A stretch of 60,000 nucleotides of DNA from Felis catus (lineage: Eukaryota): positions 19,346,001 through 19,406,000 of the forward strand of contig NC_058383.1 in assembly GCF_018350175.1 (NCBI RefSeq), in the 5' to 3' direction. Positions 1-12,727 of the stretch are shown piece by piece. Position 1 is the first letter of the stretch; each line of letters opens with the position of its first letter. The notes under the pieces are model-generated. The model was not told where the DNA came from, ran no database searches, and saw only the letters and a program-made list of their open reading frames with translations. The translations under genes were made by a program, and so were the position numbers.

Positions 1-43
1 GCGGGTGGAAGGGGCACGTCCACAAGGAGGGGTCTTTCTTGCT
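1..43 (-). CDS. KATNIP: KATNIP coding exon, partial at window edge (SKKDPSLWTCPFHP...)
   Basis: Acceptor ctctcttgctggtgtttcag|AGC; KKD..WTCPFHPP motif follows NRNLA in KIAA0556. Confidence 0.88.
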
Positions 44-879
44 CTGAAACACCAGCAAGAGAGGGGAGTCGTTAGCCCATTTTCTGCCTCTCCCCAGTGT
101 AAACAAGCTGAGGGCAGGAGGCTAGGCCTCCTCTCCGTAATCCGAGGTGGAATCTTAGATCTCAGCCGCCCAGACTGCACTTTGTAGCAGGTACTGACTC
201 ATCCCTGGCACAGGCTGGCTCGAGGGCCTCTCTGCTCTGCCATTCGGACTGAATTTAAAATGCAGCGGGCTTTATTCTAATTGATCTAATCAGCTCTGGG
301 GAGATGGCTAGGGATGGGGACTGAGAGGGGAAGGGAGGTTGGGAAAAGAGCCATCACTTGTGCTATTCATTAACCTGGCAAACAGAGCCTTTGGTTTTCT
401 TTTGTAAAAACCCTGTAGAATTAAAAACATTTAAAAAATAGAAAAGGAAGAAAAGAAACCGGTGCAGGCACTGGGACGGGGCTGTGGCACCGAGCCTCAG
501 GATTTGCTCTGTTCCCTGGCAGGGTTTCCAGGCCTCAGGACCCCAGAGTGTGGTTTCCGCCCACCGGTGAGGCTGCCAAAGCCGCTCTCAAGGCCAGAGG
601 AGCAGGGAAGCCCTGCTGCCGTATGCATTTTGCACCAACAAAATTCCATGCCACAGGTGCTTTAGATGCAGGTGGAAAAAGCCAAATCTGGGGACTCTTC
701 TCAGCCCCAGCTGCCTCCTGTTCTGTCTCTTTGGATACCTCTTCTACGTTCTGTCCCGAGAAAACTCACAGCTGCTCCCAAACAGCCCCCTGCAGGCTCG
801 GCCTCAGTGCCTTTGCACAGGCTGGGCCTCTGTTTGCAATACTCTTCCAGCCCCTCCCTCCCAGGGAAATTCAGCCCAA

Positions 880-1136
880 ATGTGCTGTCACGCCCACAGT
901 CACCCCTTCCCTGTCACCGTCACTCTCTCCTCCAGGCACCTAGGGTTCCTTGCAGTGCCTAAGGTTAGCATTTTACTCAGTGTCCCACAACCACCTGTTT
1001 TCCAGTCCAGGTCAGCCCTCCACACACTTGACTGTGAGCTCAAGGGAAGCGTCTGTGTAGAGTTTCCACACGGTTCCCTGGCACATGGTAGATGCCACAG
1101 AATCTTTGTCGAATGAATGAATGAATGAATGAATGA
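880..1136 (+). mobile_element. L2 3' end remnant ending in (TGAA)n
   Basis: gactgtgagctc...cctggcacatggtagatgc...tttgtcgaatgaatgaatgaa is the typical L2 tail. Confidence 0.7.
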
Positions 1137-1427
1137 AATTTACCTCCTAATAGCTGTCTTTTCATTGCAACTAGAGAAGAGGCTATAAACTCATCTGGCC
1201 TGCCTAGCTATTTCGTTTGGCTCATGAAGTATTCAAAAACACTGTTGCCAACATTTAAAGATGGGGAGATTTCGCCTTTCCCTCCAGAGCTAGTGTGTGG
1301 ACAGGCAAGATGCAGGGCAACACAGGGCCCATAACAGCTGCTGGCTGGGGCCTAGGGCACAGCTCCCATGGCCGGGCCGGCTGGGGCTCTCGGGCACCCC
1401 AGTCCCCACAGCTCCCTACAGTTTTAG

Positions 1428-1638
1428 AGTTTTGTTTTGTTTTGTTTTAAATTTTGAGAGAGAGAGGGAAAGAATGTGTGTGAGCTGGGGAGGGGCAGGG
1501 AGAGAGAGAGGTGGGCAGAGGATCTGAGGTGGGCTCTGTGCTGACAGTGGGGAGCCCGAGGCAGGGCTGGAACTCATGAACCGTGAGATCATGACCTGAG
1601 CTGAAGTCAGATGCTTAAGTGACCCACCCAGGCACCCC
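1428..1638 (-). mobile_element. Can-SINE
   Basis: Reverse-complement tRNA-derived head, (GA)n and T-rich tail; acagttttag repeated on both sides. Confidence 0.9.
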
Positions 1639-3529
1639 AGCTCACAGTTTTAGTCTCACACCTACTTCTCTTTCCAGATTATGCCCTGTCTGGCCCCTGC
1701 GGGCAACTGAGTCTAGGGTCCCCACCTAGTGGCTGACAGCTGCATTAAGTCCCATCTGCCAACATAACCACCACATCTCTGATACCAGTGAAGTTGTCCC
1801 TTTCACCTAAACGGAGCACCGCCGTGTATTTGAGAAGGTCTCAGCAGACTCCTGTCACCAGGACCAGGCCGGCTACTTGACACAGCCAGGGGAGGAGACT
1901 GGCCGATGCTGGGGTTTTGCTGCCCCCCAGGAGATGCGAGGCCCAGGCTCCAGCTGCGGGGGGAGAACAAAGCTGGCTTGTTCCAGTGACAATGGTGCCT
2001 TTCAGGAGGGAGGAGGTTGCTTTTGTTAAGGGGGAGAGAGGGGTTCAAGGGGTTCTGACTTATTCTGGCCAAGTTTCTCAAGCTCTGCAAGAACTTTTAG
2101 TGCTCTGGGCAGCTGCAAGGGGTGAGGAGACCACATTTCAGCTTCCAACGGGTGAATCTCATTCGTTCCCCAAGTTGGGGCCTAAACTGGGTCGCTGTAG
2201 TTGCTTGACAAAGGAAGAGTCTGAAGGCTGACCCTTAGACACGGGCGAGGGGACTGTCATTGATTTCCCATCACATTTCTGTCAGCAGGAGGGATAACAG
2301 GAGGACTAAGTGGGAATCATGGTGTTCAAAGTCAAAGAACATTAACCTGCGGGTAACTCAGGGCCTCATTAGCAGACAGAGTCTCTGAGATGAAGGCCGA
2401 TGGGAAGCCGTTGAGGGCTGGCCGAGGCACGCTGCGCGAACCCCCGGATGCCAGGCCAGCAGGCCGAGCGTCTGCTGCACCTGTCCATCACAGGCAGTAA
2501 CAGAGACGGCAGAACAAGAATCAGGGTTCCCTCTTGCCGCCGCTGTGACCTCACTGGGTTCTCTCAAAGCCCTGGGAGGGGACGAGTGCTGTAACCCTCC
2601 CGTCACAGCTCAGCAAGGGAGCAAAGGGTGTGGCTTGCCTAAGTGGTGGAGTAAGGATGTACACCTATTTTAATCCATTAATTCATGCTGTCTTAGTTTG
2701 TATTCTCTCAGAAGCAGACCCCCGAGTCAAGGATTTGAGTATCAGGAGATTATCTGGACACCAAAGGAGCATGGGGAAGAGGAGGGGAGGAAAGGCATTC
2801 CATAAAGAGTGTGTTACCAAGAGAGCCCGCTCCTGTGGCATCTGGAGCTCAGTGCCACCAGGGAATCTGGGAGCCAGAGCAGAACGTGCCCCGGAGCAAC
2901 TCCACCCCCGGGACAAGGGAGCTGGGGTATTCATACCCCAATGCCCACCAGCGTAGGTTGAGGGCTGCTCCTGGGGGCTCCATTCCCCACCGGTTTGGGC
3001 CCGCTGCACGGGAGGCAGAGTGGGCCCCGGAGGCCAGAAAAGCAATCCTCCATCAGAGAATTATCAGTGGGAAGTACAGCCAGCACGCGCAGACGTGGGA
3101 AGGGCCAGAGGGCCGGGGAGGCTCTCACAGCGTCTGTTACCCATTTGCTCAATACAAATACCCTCCTGTGGGGCAGGTGCCGAACTACAGTCAGGGGTGG
3201 GTGGCGGAGCCTGGCCCACCAGGTCCCAGCTCTACACTGGTTGGGGAAGCAAACAAGTAATACTGCCAGGAAAAAAAAAAAACCAAAAACAAAGACAAAC
3301 CCCAACCAGGCAGGGATAAATTCGACAAAGAAAGTAAGAGTGAATTCTTAATGGCCAATGGAAGGGCATTTTTAGAATGGATGGTCAGGGGAGACAGGAG
3401 GTCCCTTTCTCATTCCTAATTAAGGTGCTTCCCTCTTCCAGAATTAACCTAATACAGATCTACCCCCTTCAAGGATATGCCGACTGCCCTCAGAAGTAGC
3501 CCCAATTTAATAAATTATCATAATCAAAA

Positions 3530-3968
3530 GGAACAAGCTATGGGCACACACAGTTTGGATGGATGTCAAAGGCATTATACTGAGTGGAAAAAGCCAGTCT
3601 CAAAAAGATTACATACAAGATGATTCCTTTTATATAGCACTCTTGAAGCGAAAACAGATCAGCGGTTGCCAACGTTAGGGATGGGTGTGTGGGGGGTTAT
3701 GGCTGTAAAGGGTTGCAAGGGGGAATCCCTCTCTGGTGATGGAACTGTTGTATTTTGTGTTTGTGTATTTTGATGGGGTGGTGGTTACATGAATCTACAC
3801 GAGTGATAACATTGCATAGGACTCATGCGCACAAGCACACGAATGTGTGTACAAAGTGTGCACCTGATACTAATGTCAACTTCCTGGGTTTGATAATGTA
3901 CTACAGTTATACAGGATGTTAGCACTGGGGGACACTGGTCGGCAAGGGCACAAGGGACCTCTCCATAC
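3530..3968 (+). mobile_element. Old L1 (L1MB/MC/MD-like) 3' UTR fragment, resumes at about 7810-7856
   Basis: ggcattatactgagtggaaaaagccagtctcaaaaagattacatac...; terminal part acaatttcctgcgattctacgattatttccaaacaaaaaag lies after the minus-strand L1. Confidence 0.7.
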
Positions 3969-5217
3969 TTTTTTTAAAACAATGGAGATATACTTCACAT
4001 ATATATAAAGTCACCACCTTCAAGTATGCAATTCAGCGGGTTTGGTTTTGTTTAGTATATTTCAAGGTTGTGTCACCATCACCACTATCTTTTTCCAGCA
4101 TATTTCATCACCCTAAAAAAGAACTCCATACCCAATGTGTGGCCTGCCGGGTCTGAGTTCTTCCACATCCCATAATGTTTTCGAAGGTTCATCCTTGTTG
4201 CGGTAACAATCGGCGCTTTGTTCCTTTTTACAGCTGAGTAATATTCCATTGTATGGACGTACCACATTTTCTTTATCCATTCATCTGTGGATAAACATTT
4301 GAGTTGTTTCCACCTTGTGGCGATCATGAATGATACTGCCATGAACATTTGTGTGTAAGTTTTTGTGGGAACACATTTTCCGTTCCCTTGGGTCTGCACC
4401 TAGGAGTGGAACTGCTGGGTCATAGGCTAACTCTACACTTAACTTTTGGAGAAACGGCCAAACTATTTTTCACCACGGCCGCACCATTTTACTTTTGTAT
4501 TCCTGCCAGCGAGGCATGGTTTTTCCACATGAATTGCCAATACTTTATTATTTTCTCTTTTCTTTTCAAAAACTGTAACAACCTGGTGGGTATGAAATGA
4601 TACGTCTTTGGGGTTTTGATTTGCATTTCCCTAATGACTAATGATGTTGATAGCATCTTTCCTGTGCTTCTGGGCCGTGTATGTCTTCTTTGGAGGAAAG
4701 TCTATTCTGAGTGCTTTGGTCATATTTTCATGAGGTTGCTTGTCATTTTGTTGTTGAGTTTCAGATTTCTTTTCTTTATATATTCTGGATGATAGACCCT
4801 TATCAGATATACGATTTGCAAATATTTTCTCCCATTTCTTAAGATGTCTTTTCAACTTTCTTGATGAATGTCCTTTGAAGCAAATGCGTTTTAAATTTTG
4901 ATGAAGTCTGATTTATCTATTTTCTTCTTTTGTTGCTTGTGCTTTCCGTGCCATATGTAAGACCTCATTGAAAAGCTCAAGGGTATGAAGATTTATACCT
5001 GTGTTTCTCCTAAGAGTTTTACAGCTTTAAAAGCTTTAAAAGTTCTAAGGTCTTTAATCCACTGAGTTAGTTTTTGCAGATGATGTTAGGGTAGGCACCC
5101 AACTTCGTTCTTTTGCATCAGCAAATCCAGTTTGTCCCGATATCATCTGCTAAAAAAATGATTTTTTTTTCTCCACCCAATAGTATTGGCATCTTTGTTG
5201 AAAATCAGTTGCCTGTA

Positions 5218-5452
5218 GAGGCACCTGGGTGGCTTAGTCGGTTTAGCTGGTTAAGCATCCGACTTTGGCCCAGGTATGATCTCACGCTTTGTGAGTTCGA
5301 GCCCTGCGTCGGGCTCTGTGCTGACAGCTCAGAGCCTGGAGCCTGTTTTGGATTCTGTGTCTCTGTCTCTTTCCGCCCCTCCCCCACTCTCGCGCACGCT
5401 CTCTCTCTCTCTCTCTCTCCCTCAAAAATAAATAAACATTAAAAAAAGAAAA
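5218..5452 (+). mobile_element. Can-SINE inside L1
   Basis: SINE head, (CT)n and A tail; aaaatcagt on both sides. Confidence 0.9.
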
Positions 5453-5925
5453 AATCAGTGGACTGCAGATGTATGGGTCTATTTCTCTATCAATTCTGTT
5501 CCATTGATCTATATATATGTCTATCTCTACGCCAGTACCACAGTCTTGATTACTGTAGGTTGGTTTTGAAATTGGAAGAGTGAGTCTTCCAACTTCCTTC
5601 TTTTCCAACATAGTTTTAGCTATTCTGGGTCCCTTGAACTTCCATACATATTTTAAGATCAGCTTATCAATTTCCACAAAAAAAGGCAGTTGGAATTTTG
5701 ATAGGATTGCATGGAATCTGCAGATAATTCAGGGAGCGTTGCCATATCAACAGTATTCCGATCTGTGAACATGAAATGTCTTTTCATTTATTTGGGTCTT
5801 CTTCAATTCCCACCAACAGTATCGCATACTTTTCAATGTACAAGTCTTTCACTTATTTGGTGAACTTTACTCTTAAGTATCTTTTTTTTTTTTTTTATGC
5901 TATTTTAAAACAGATTTTTTTTTCA

Positions 5926-6372
5926 GGGCACCTGGCGGCTCAGTCGGTTAAGTGTCTGACTCTTGATGTTGGCTCAGGTTATGATCTCATGATCTGTGGG
6001 ACTGAGCCCCGCGTTGCACTCTGCACTGACACTTCAGAGCTTGCTTGGGATTCTCTCTCTCCGCCCCCCTCTGCCCTTCCCCTGCTTGCACGTGTGCTCT
6101 CTCTCTCTTGAAAGAAATAAACATTGGGGCGCCTGGGTGGCTCTGTCGGCTGGGCATCCGACTTCAGCTCAGGTCACGATCTCACAGTTCGTGGGTTCGA
6201 GCCCCGTGTCGGGCTCTGTGCTGACAGCTCAGAGCCTGGAGCCTGTTTCGGATTCTGTGTCTCCCTCTCTCTCTGACCCACCCCGTTCATGCTCTATCTC
6301 TCTGTCTCAAAAATAAATAAACGTTAAAAAAAAAATTAAAAAAAAAAAAGAAACATTAAAAAATTTTTTTTA
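5926..6372 (+). mobile_element. Can-SINE with a second Can-SINE (6126-6350) inserted in its tail
   Basis: Two heads, at 5926 and 6126; outer TSD aaaacagatttttttt, inner aaacatt duplication. Confidence 0.88.
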
Positions 6373-6589
6373 AAAAACAGATTTTTTTTCCCTTAGTTTC
6401 CTTTTTCAGATTGCTTATTGCTAGGGTATAGAAATACAATTTTTTTTTTTTTGTATATTAGCCTTTTATCAACTTGCTGAACAGGATTTTAGTTTATCAG
6501 TAGTTTTTGTGGATTCTTTAGGGTTTTCTATCTGTAAGATCATATCACCCACAAATATAGTTTTACTTCTTCCTTTCCAACCTCTTATT

Positions 6590-6786
6590 TTTCTGTTTAT
6601 TTACTTATTTAAGTTTTTATTTGTTTATTTTGAGAGAGAGAGAGAGCACACGTGGAGGAGGGGCACAGAGAGAGGCGGAGAGAGAGAACCCCAAGCGGAG
6701 CCCAATGCGGGGCTCCAACTCATGAACCATGAGATTATGACCTGAGCTGAAGTCGGATGCTTAACCGACTGAGCCACCCAGGGGCT
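6590..6786 (-). mobile_element. Can-SINE, internally deleted
   Basis: Reverse-complement head gagccacccaggggctc and (GA)n. Confidence 0.85.
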
Positions 6787-7869
6787 CTTTATTTCGTTTT
6801 CTTGCCTAACTTCCCGGGGAAGAATCTCGAGTACAATGTTGAACAGAAGTGGTGGAAGCAGGCATCCCTGTCTTGTTCCTGATCTTAGTGCAAAAGCTTT
6901 CAGTCTTTTACCAGCACGATGCGAGCTGTGGGTTTTTACAGATGCCCTTATTAGGTTGAGAATGTTTCCTTCTCTTCTTGGCTTGTTTGTGGTTTTTATC
7001 ATGAAAGGGTGTTGAATTTTGTCAAATGCTCCTTCTGTATCTATTAAGAATGTTACACGACTTTTTCCCCTCTATCCCATCAACATGTTGTATTATATTG
7101 ATCCGTTCTCATATATTGAACAACAAACCATGCATTCCTGGGATCAAGTCCACTAGGTTTCAAAGTATAAATCTTTCTATGAACTGGGAGACACGGCTTG
7201 CTAATGTTTTGTTGACGATCTTTACGTTATATTCATAAGGGCTGTTGGTCTATAGTTTTCTTTTCTTGGGATGTCTTTGGTTTTGTGATCAGGGTCAGAC
7301 TGGTCTCATAAAATGAGTTTGGAAGTCTTCCCTCTTCTTCGTTTTAGAAGAGGTTGTGAAGGATTGGTGTTAATTCTTCAAATATTTGGTATGACTCACC
7401 AGTGAAGCCATCTGGTCCTTGGTTTTTCTTTGTTGGAAGTGTCTTGGATTATTAATTCAATCTCTGTACTTGCTATAGGTCTAGCCAGATGCTCTATGTC
7501 CTCTTCACTCAGTCTTGGTGATTTGTGTCTTTCTAGGACGATGTCCATTTCATCCGGGATATCTTTATTTGTTGGCATAAGATTGTCCAGAATATTCCCT
7601 AACCATCTTTTCTTCCCTGTCAGGTAGACTAATGTCCCTTCTTTCATTCCTGATTTTAGTTATTTGAATCCTTTCCCCCTTTTCCTTGCTGATCTAGCTC
7701 AAGTTTTGTTGACTTTGCCGATCCTTTCAAAAAACCAACTTTTGGCTTCACTCATGTCCCTTTAGTATTTTTCTCTTCTCTGCACGAGGTTTTTGTTTTG
7801 TTTTGTTTTGTTCACAATTTCCTGCGATTCTACGATTATTTCCAAACAAAAAAGTACCAAAAAACCGTA

Positions 7870-8880
7870 CTGTGAACATTTATGTGCTGGGGATGTAGTA
7901 TGGTGAGGACAAGAATGTATAGCTAAGTGTGGGGAGAGGGGAAGACAGATAATAAATGAGTGAACAGGACCGTTTCTTAATGTGAGAAGCGCCCTGAAGA
8001 AAAATGAAGGAACGGGATGTGATAGAGACAGGTGGGGAAGACTGGGGTGGCGTGAGAAAAGACTCCTCCACACAGGAGTCAGGGAAGGGCTTGCTGAGAA
8101 AGTGGTATTTGGGCTGAAATTCAAATGAAGAGAGGAGGTAGCCACACGACGCTCTGGAGGAGGGAAGCTCTGGGCAGAGACCAGAGGTGCAGTGGGCTTC
8201 AAGCGTCAGAAGAGCAGAAGGCAGCCTCTGGCTGCTGGAGCCCCGGGGCCCGAGGCAGTAGAGGCAGCCGAAGGCCTGTTCACAGACAGCCTCCCAGGCC
8301 ACGGGAGGCATGAGATTTCACTTCTAAGTATACTGGGAAGTCATGGCTGGGGTTTTAAGCAGGGGAGGGGTGCAAGCTGACATTTGTAAAAGATCACTTT
8401 GGTTACAGAGTAGAAAATGGAGCAGATGGGGCCAGAAGAGAAGACGAGGAGACAGGAGGCCATTTAACAGCGGGCACGGGGTGAAGGCGACAGACCCGGG
8501 CTCTGTATGGCAGGAGGAATCAACAGGACTTTCTGGTGTCCTGGAAGGTGGCAGGAAGGGGTCGGGGCGGTCAAGGAAGACTCTTAAGAGGTTACGAGGT
8601 GGCCTTAGCAGCAAAGCAGACGGCAATGCCATTTACTGAGCACAGGAATCTTGTAGGCGGGAGAGACGTGGGTAGTGCAGGGGAATGAAAAGTTAGGTTT
8701 CAGATCACTGAAGTCTGGGATGTCCAGTAGGTGCCCGACAAGAGACGCCAAGCAGGAAGCTGGCATTTAAATCAGGAACTCAGAGAGGCAGGCAGGCCCT
8801 GGCATATCCATCTAGAATCATCTTGAAGCCACGGGCCTGGGCGAAGCCAATAAGAGAGATGGCATGGGCACAGAGGGGAG
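7870..8880 (-). mobile_element. Degraded L2 fragment
   Basis: Purine-rich L2-like blocks such as aggaagggcttgctgagaaagtggtatttgggctga and tttaagcagggg...aaagatcactttgg. Confidence 0.6.
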
Positions 8881-9477
8881 CCGGGCCTGCACTGAGCGTG
8901 GGGCACCCCCGTACCTTCCGGCAGCCCCCAGCTCTCTTCCACTGAAGCAACTTCTCTTCTGAACCCAGACTCCACTCTCAGTTACCTGCTGGTCAGATTT
9001 CAGCCGAGCTCCCTGACTCCGTGGCAGTATGGCCCGGGGCAGGTCCCTAGTCCTCCCCGAGACTTGGTTTCTCATTTAATCAAATGTGGGAGAGCAGCCC
9101 CAGGTTCATGTGAGCATCGCACCAGGGATGTCTGAGGACCCCGGCTAGCACGCTGTGGGGCTAAACCCCAGTGAAACCGGGTGGTCCAGAGAGGCTGCAT
9201 GTGTTGGTAGTCCCGGACCTCGTACGTAGGAGGACCGTCGGGGAGACCCCATGCCAGGACGGCAGAGGGAATCCAGCCCGCCCACAGCTGGGCCTGGAGA
9301 CCCAGTAGCCCAGGAGGAGATGGCCGCCTCATGTCCCAACCTCAGGGTCAAAAATTTAAAACCCCAAGCCCACCAGAACCATGGGCTGGGCTTGTCCCTG
9401 CCGTCACATGGCAAAGCTCACCAGCCTCTGCTAAGCGGAGGAAAAGGAACAGTAATTATAGAAACTGGCGGCCATCA

Positions 9478-9703
9478 GGGGCGCTGGGGGGGGCTCAGTC
9501 GGTTAAGCATCTCACTCTTGGTTTCGGCTCAGGTTATGATCTCAGGGCTTCGTGGGTCTGAGCCCCACATCGGGCTCTGTGCTGGCAGTGAGGAGCCTGC
9601 TTGGGATTCTCTCTCTCTCTCTGTCCTCTCTCTCTGCCCCTCCCCACCTGGCACTGTCTCTGTCTCTCTCAAAATAAACAAATAAACTTAAAAAAAAAAA
9701 AAA
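9478..9703 (+). mobile_element. Can-SINE
   Basis: Head, (CT)n and poly-A; aaactggc on both sides. Confidence 0.9.
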
Positions 9704-10629
9704 ACTGGCCCCCACCAAATCCAATGATGTTTTTACTGCCCCAGGATGCCCTGTTCTGTGCAGCAGGCTTCCAAAGTGCTGCTGCTCTGTGCACAAGGGA
9801 GACGGGGAGGGGTGCCTACAGACTCGAAGCAGGAAGCAGAGCAGGAAAACCCAAGGCCAGAGCATCCCAGTGGCTGTGACCTATGGGACCTGTTTCTTTC
9901 AAGGTCACGGAGCTGCCGATCTTAGAGGGCTGTCACCACCCAGTCTAACCCCACGGACGGGTAGTGTCTCTCAGAGACCTAGCATCTATCCTGCCTTCCC
10001 TTCAGTAAGAACCCTGAATCTCCTCCAGGGAGAGTTTCTCCCTGCCCCGCTGTGGCATCTCGGGGAAACTGGCATCACGGTGGCCACTTTCCTAGCCAGG
10101 GTCACCCATCAGCCTTCCTCTCCTGCGACCGTGTTATCCGCAGCAGGGCGACAGGATGACAAACCAACTAACGCACGCTGCCCCCCGCCGCCCCCAAAAA
10201 AGACCACACCCTTGGTGCACATCCTGGAGGCTGCCTAGAACCCCAACATGACCACGGGGTCCTCTGGCCTGGGTGACAGCGAGTCTCCCAGCTACCCAAA
10301 GGCTTGCAACAAATTCCTTTGTTAGAAATTCGCTAAAGTGAGCCAGACTCCGGTCTCTTTTGCAGACAAGTAAGAATCGTATGGGTTATCCGTGCTCTCC
10401 AGTTCGATTTTATGGGGGGCGGGGGGTGCGCGGGCGGGGGGGGGGGCTGAGAAACTGATTCTCTGAGAAGGCAGGTAAGTTGCTGAAGTCAAAACCAGAA
10501 TGCGGGTCTCTAGAACGGAGGATTCCCAAGCTCCCTTTTCGTACTTCCTCTTCTTTAAATGGGAATGATATCTCTTCTTAGTGGTATTAATATTATTACC
10601 AATAAAACAACAAATATAACAAGAGCTGG

Positions 10630-10830
10630 TGTTTTGGAGCCCTTAGGAAGAGCCAGCCACGGTGCTGAGCTTTTTAAAGTTATGTTCGCTCCCCACAACA
10701 TCGTAGCAAGGTAAGTTCCATTATTACGCCCATTTTACAGATGAGGAAGCTAAAGCAGAGGTCAGGTGAGTTGCCTGTGCTCGTGAGGCTGTAAACGGTA
10801 AGCTTCGAACACGGGCCTTTCTGCTTCTTG
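10630..10830 (-). mobile_element. MIR
   Basis: MIR core cccattttacagatgaggaagctaaag. Confidence 0.7.
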
Positions 10831-11206
10831 AGCCTGTGTACTGCTGGGTTTAAATAAGGTTATATGGATGATAGCCCGTGCCTGGCACCAGGTAAGAACT
10901 GAACATGTGGGCGCTGGTTTCATTTTCAATACATTTTAAAAAATTTATAATTGTTCTTTGGAATGGATAATACAGGTGCTTGGCGGGAGATTTACAAGGT
11001 GCCAACAAGGCCCCAAAGGAAGTCCTCCTATCGCCTCTGTGCCTTGCCCACCCGGTTCTATGGCCCAGAGGCAAAGTCTGTCCCCAGGTTCGCTGGGGGC
11101 GAAGCACCGCATAGTAAAGACATGCTGCTGGGCGGCCTACCTCAGCTTAGCTCCCAGTCTCTGTGTCCAACTTGCAAGTGGACAGAGGAGAAAATGCCAG
11201 TGCTCG

Positions 11207-11372
11207 CCCTTCCTTCCCTCCTTCCTTCCTTCCTTCCCTCCCTCCCTCTCTTCCTTCCTTCCTTCCTTCCTCCTTCCTTCCTTCCTTCCCTCCCTCCCTC
11301 CCTCCCTCCCTCCCTTCCTTCCTTCCTTCCTTCCTTCCTTCCTCCCCTCCTTCCCTCCCTCCTTCTTTCCTT
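11207..11372. repeat. (CCTT/CCCT)n polypyrimidine microsatellite
   Basis: Directly visible. Confidence 0.97.
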
Positions 11373-11409
11373 TTTTGACTATTAGATATTTAAAGGACAG
11401 GAACATTCA

Positions 11410-11626
11410 GGGCACCTGGGTGGCTCAGTCAGTTGAGCATCTGACCCCTGATTTTGGCTCAGGTCATGATCCTAGGGTTGTAGGATCGAGCCCCATGTTG
11501 GGTTCCTTGCTCAACATGGAGCCTGCTTAAGATTCTGTCTCTCTCTCTCTCTCTCTCTCTATCCCTCTGCCCCTCCCCTGCTCATGCATGTGCACACTCT
11601 CTCTCCCCCCAAAATAAAATGAAATA
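11410..11626 (+). mobile_element. Can-SINE
   Basis: TSD aaaggacaggaac. Confidence 0.92.
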
Positions 11627-12176
11627 AAGGACAGGAACGTGTGATGTGTGTTGGGTGTGTACTTGATGTTTGTTGGGAAGCAGGACTGGGGGGCGGGGGG
11701 ATGCTGTGGACATGGGCCCTGGGTCAGGCTGCAGGATGTGAACGTGGCCCCACTACCTTTTGGAGGTGTGACTTTGACCAAGTCAATATTCTTCTCCAAG
11801 CCTCTGTTTCTTCATTGATAAAATAAAGGCATTGACCTCAATGACCCCCAAGGTTCCATATTTGGTGGTGACTGTGGCAAACCGCAGGGTGGATAGAAGG
11901 AGGTGACTTGGCTCCTCTTTGTGCCCTATTCTCCCAAGAACAAGCCCAGGGATCTGGGAATGAGCTGGGGGACGGCTCGGGGCCCTCACCCCCACCTTTC
12001 CCTCAGGCTCCTTCCACTTTGCCTGAATGAATGATGATGGACAACTATCTTCTTCCCCTCCCCATACCTGCACCCCCCCTCCCCCCACCTGCATCACAGA
12101 CTTATCGTGGGCAGAGAAAATGCATCAAAACACAAGGCCAAGGCTCACTGTAGTTTCAAGCACCGCCTCCACTTAC

Positions 12177-12392
12177 AGCTAAGTTCCTATTGACCAGGTG
12201 GCCCAGGTCCCCGGGCGTGTCCGTGTTCCGGATATCCACGTCATGGGGCGACACGTAAAGCTTTGTGTTGTTCCGGTCAAAGAACTCAACTTCCGTGAGA
12301 CCCACCCAGGACGTATGGCCCCAGTTGGACAGGATTTCCATGGTCACGTAGACGGCATCTTCGATCTCTCCGCCTCTTGTTCTCAGTTTGTC
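12177..12392 (-). CDS. KATNIP: KATNIP coding exon, 216 nt, phase 0 to 0, start of a DUF4457/KATNIP-type domain (DKLRTRGGEIEDAVYVTMEILSNWGHTSWVGLTEVEFFD...LVNRNLA)
   Basis: Acceptor tttatgtttgttaag|GAC and donor GCT|gtaagt; EILSNWG...VGLTEVEFFD motif typical of KIAA0556. Confidence 0.95.
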
Positions 12393-12429
12393 CTTAACAA
12401 ACATAAAAATAATGCTAACGGGTCAAAAC

Positions 12430-12585
12430 ACGACAGGCTGGATTCAGCTCACCACTACACAAGTTATTTAGCCACTCAGTGCCTCAGTTTCCCCATCCAT
12501 ACAATGAGGATAAGAACAGCACCCATTACATGTAGTTATTACAAAGATTAAATGAGCTCATATTTGAAAAGCATTTGAAACAGTT
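12430..12585 (+). mobile_element. MIR next to the acceptor of the 216-nt exon
   Basis: gtgcctcagtttccccatccatacaatgaggataagaacag. Confidence 0.7.
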
Positions 12586-12727
12586 ACTGTGAATCCTGGC
12601 AGTTGGTATTTCCGTAAGAGTTTGCAAGTAACAAAAAAATGTTTAAAAGGCATCAGATTGTGGCTGAATGTGCTTTTCTCTTCCTCATTACCAAGCGTTC
12701 ACGGCCTATCGGCTGAGTTGGGGAAGG

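Larger units (their letters stand above)
3970..7775 (-). mobile_element. 5'-truncated, degraded L1 (3' part of ORF2 plus 3' UTR), interrupted by four SINEs
   Basis: ORF-track peptides are L1 ORF2-like: WEKIFANRISDKGL, DKLILKYVWKFKGPRIAK, LRSGTRQGCLLPPLLFNIVLE, DEWIKKMWYVHTMEYYSAVK. Confidence 0.92.

Noticed and set aside
5738..5751. RFX X-box-like gttgccatatcaac, tempting for a ciliary gene
   Set aside because: Lies inside an L1 fossil far from the promoter and has a mismatched half-site
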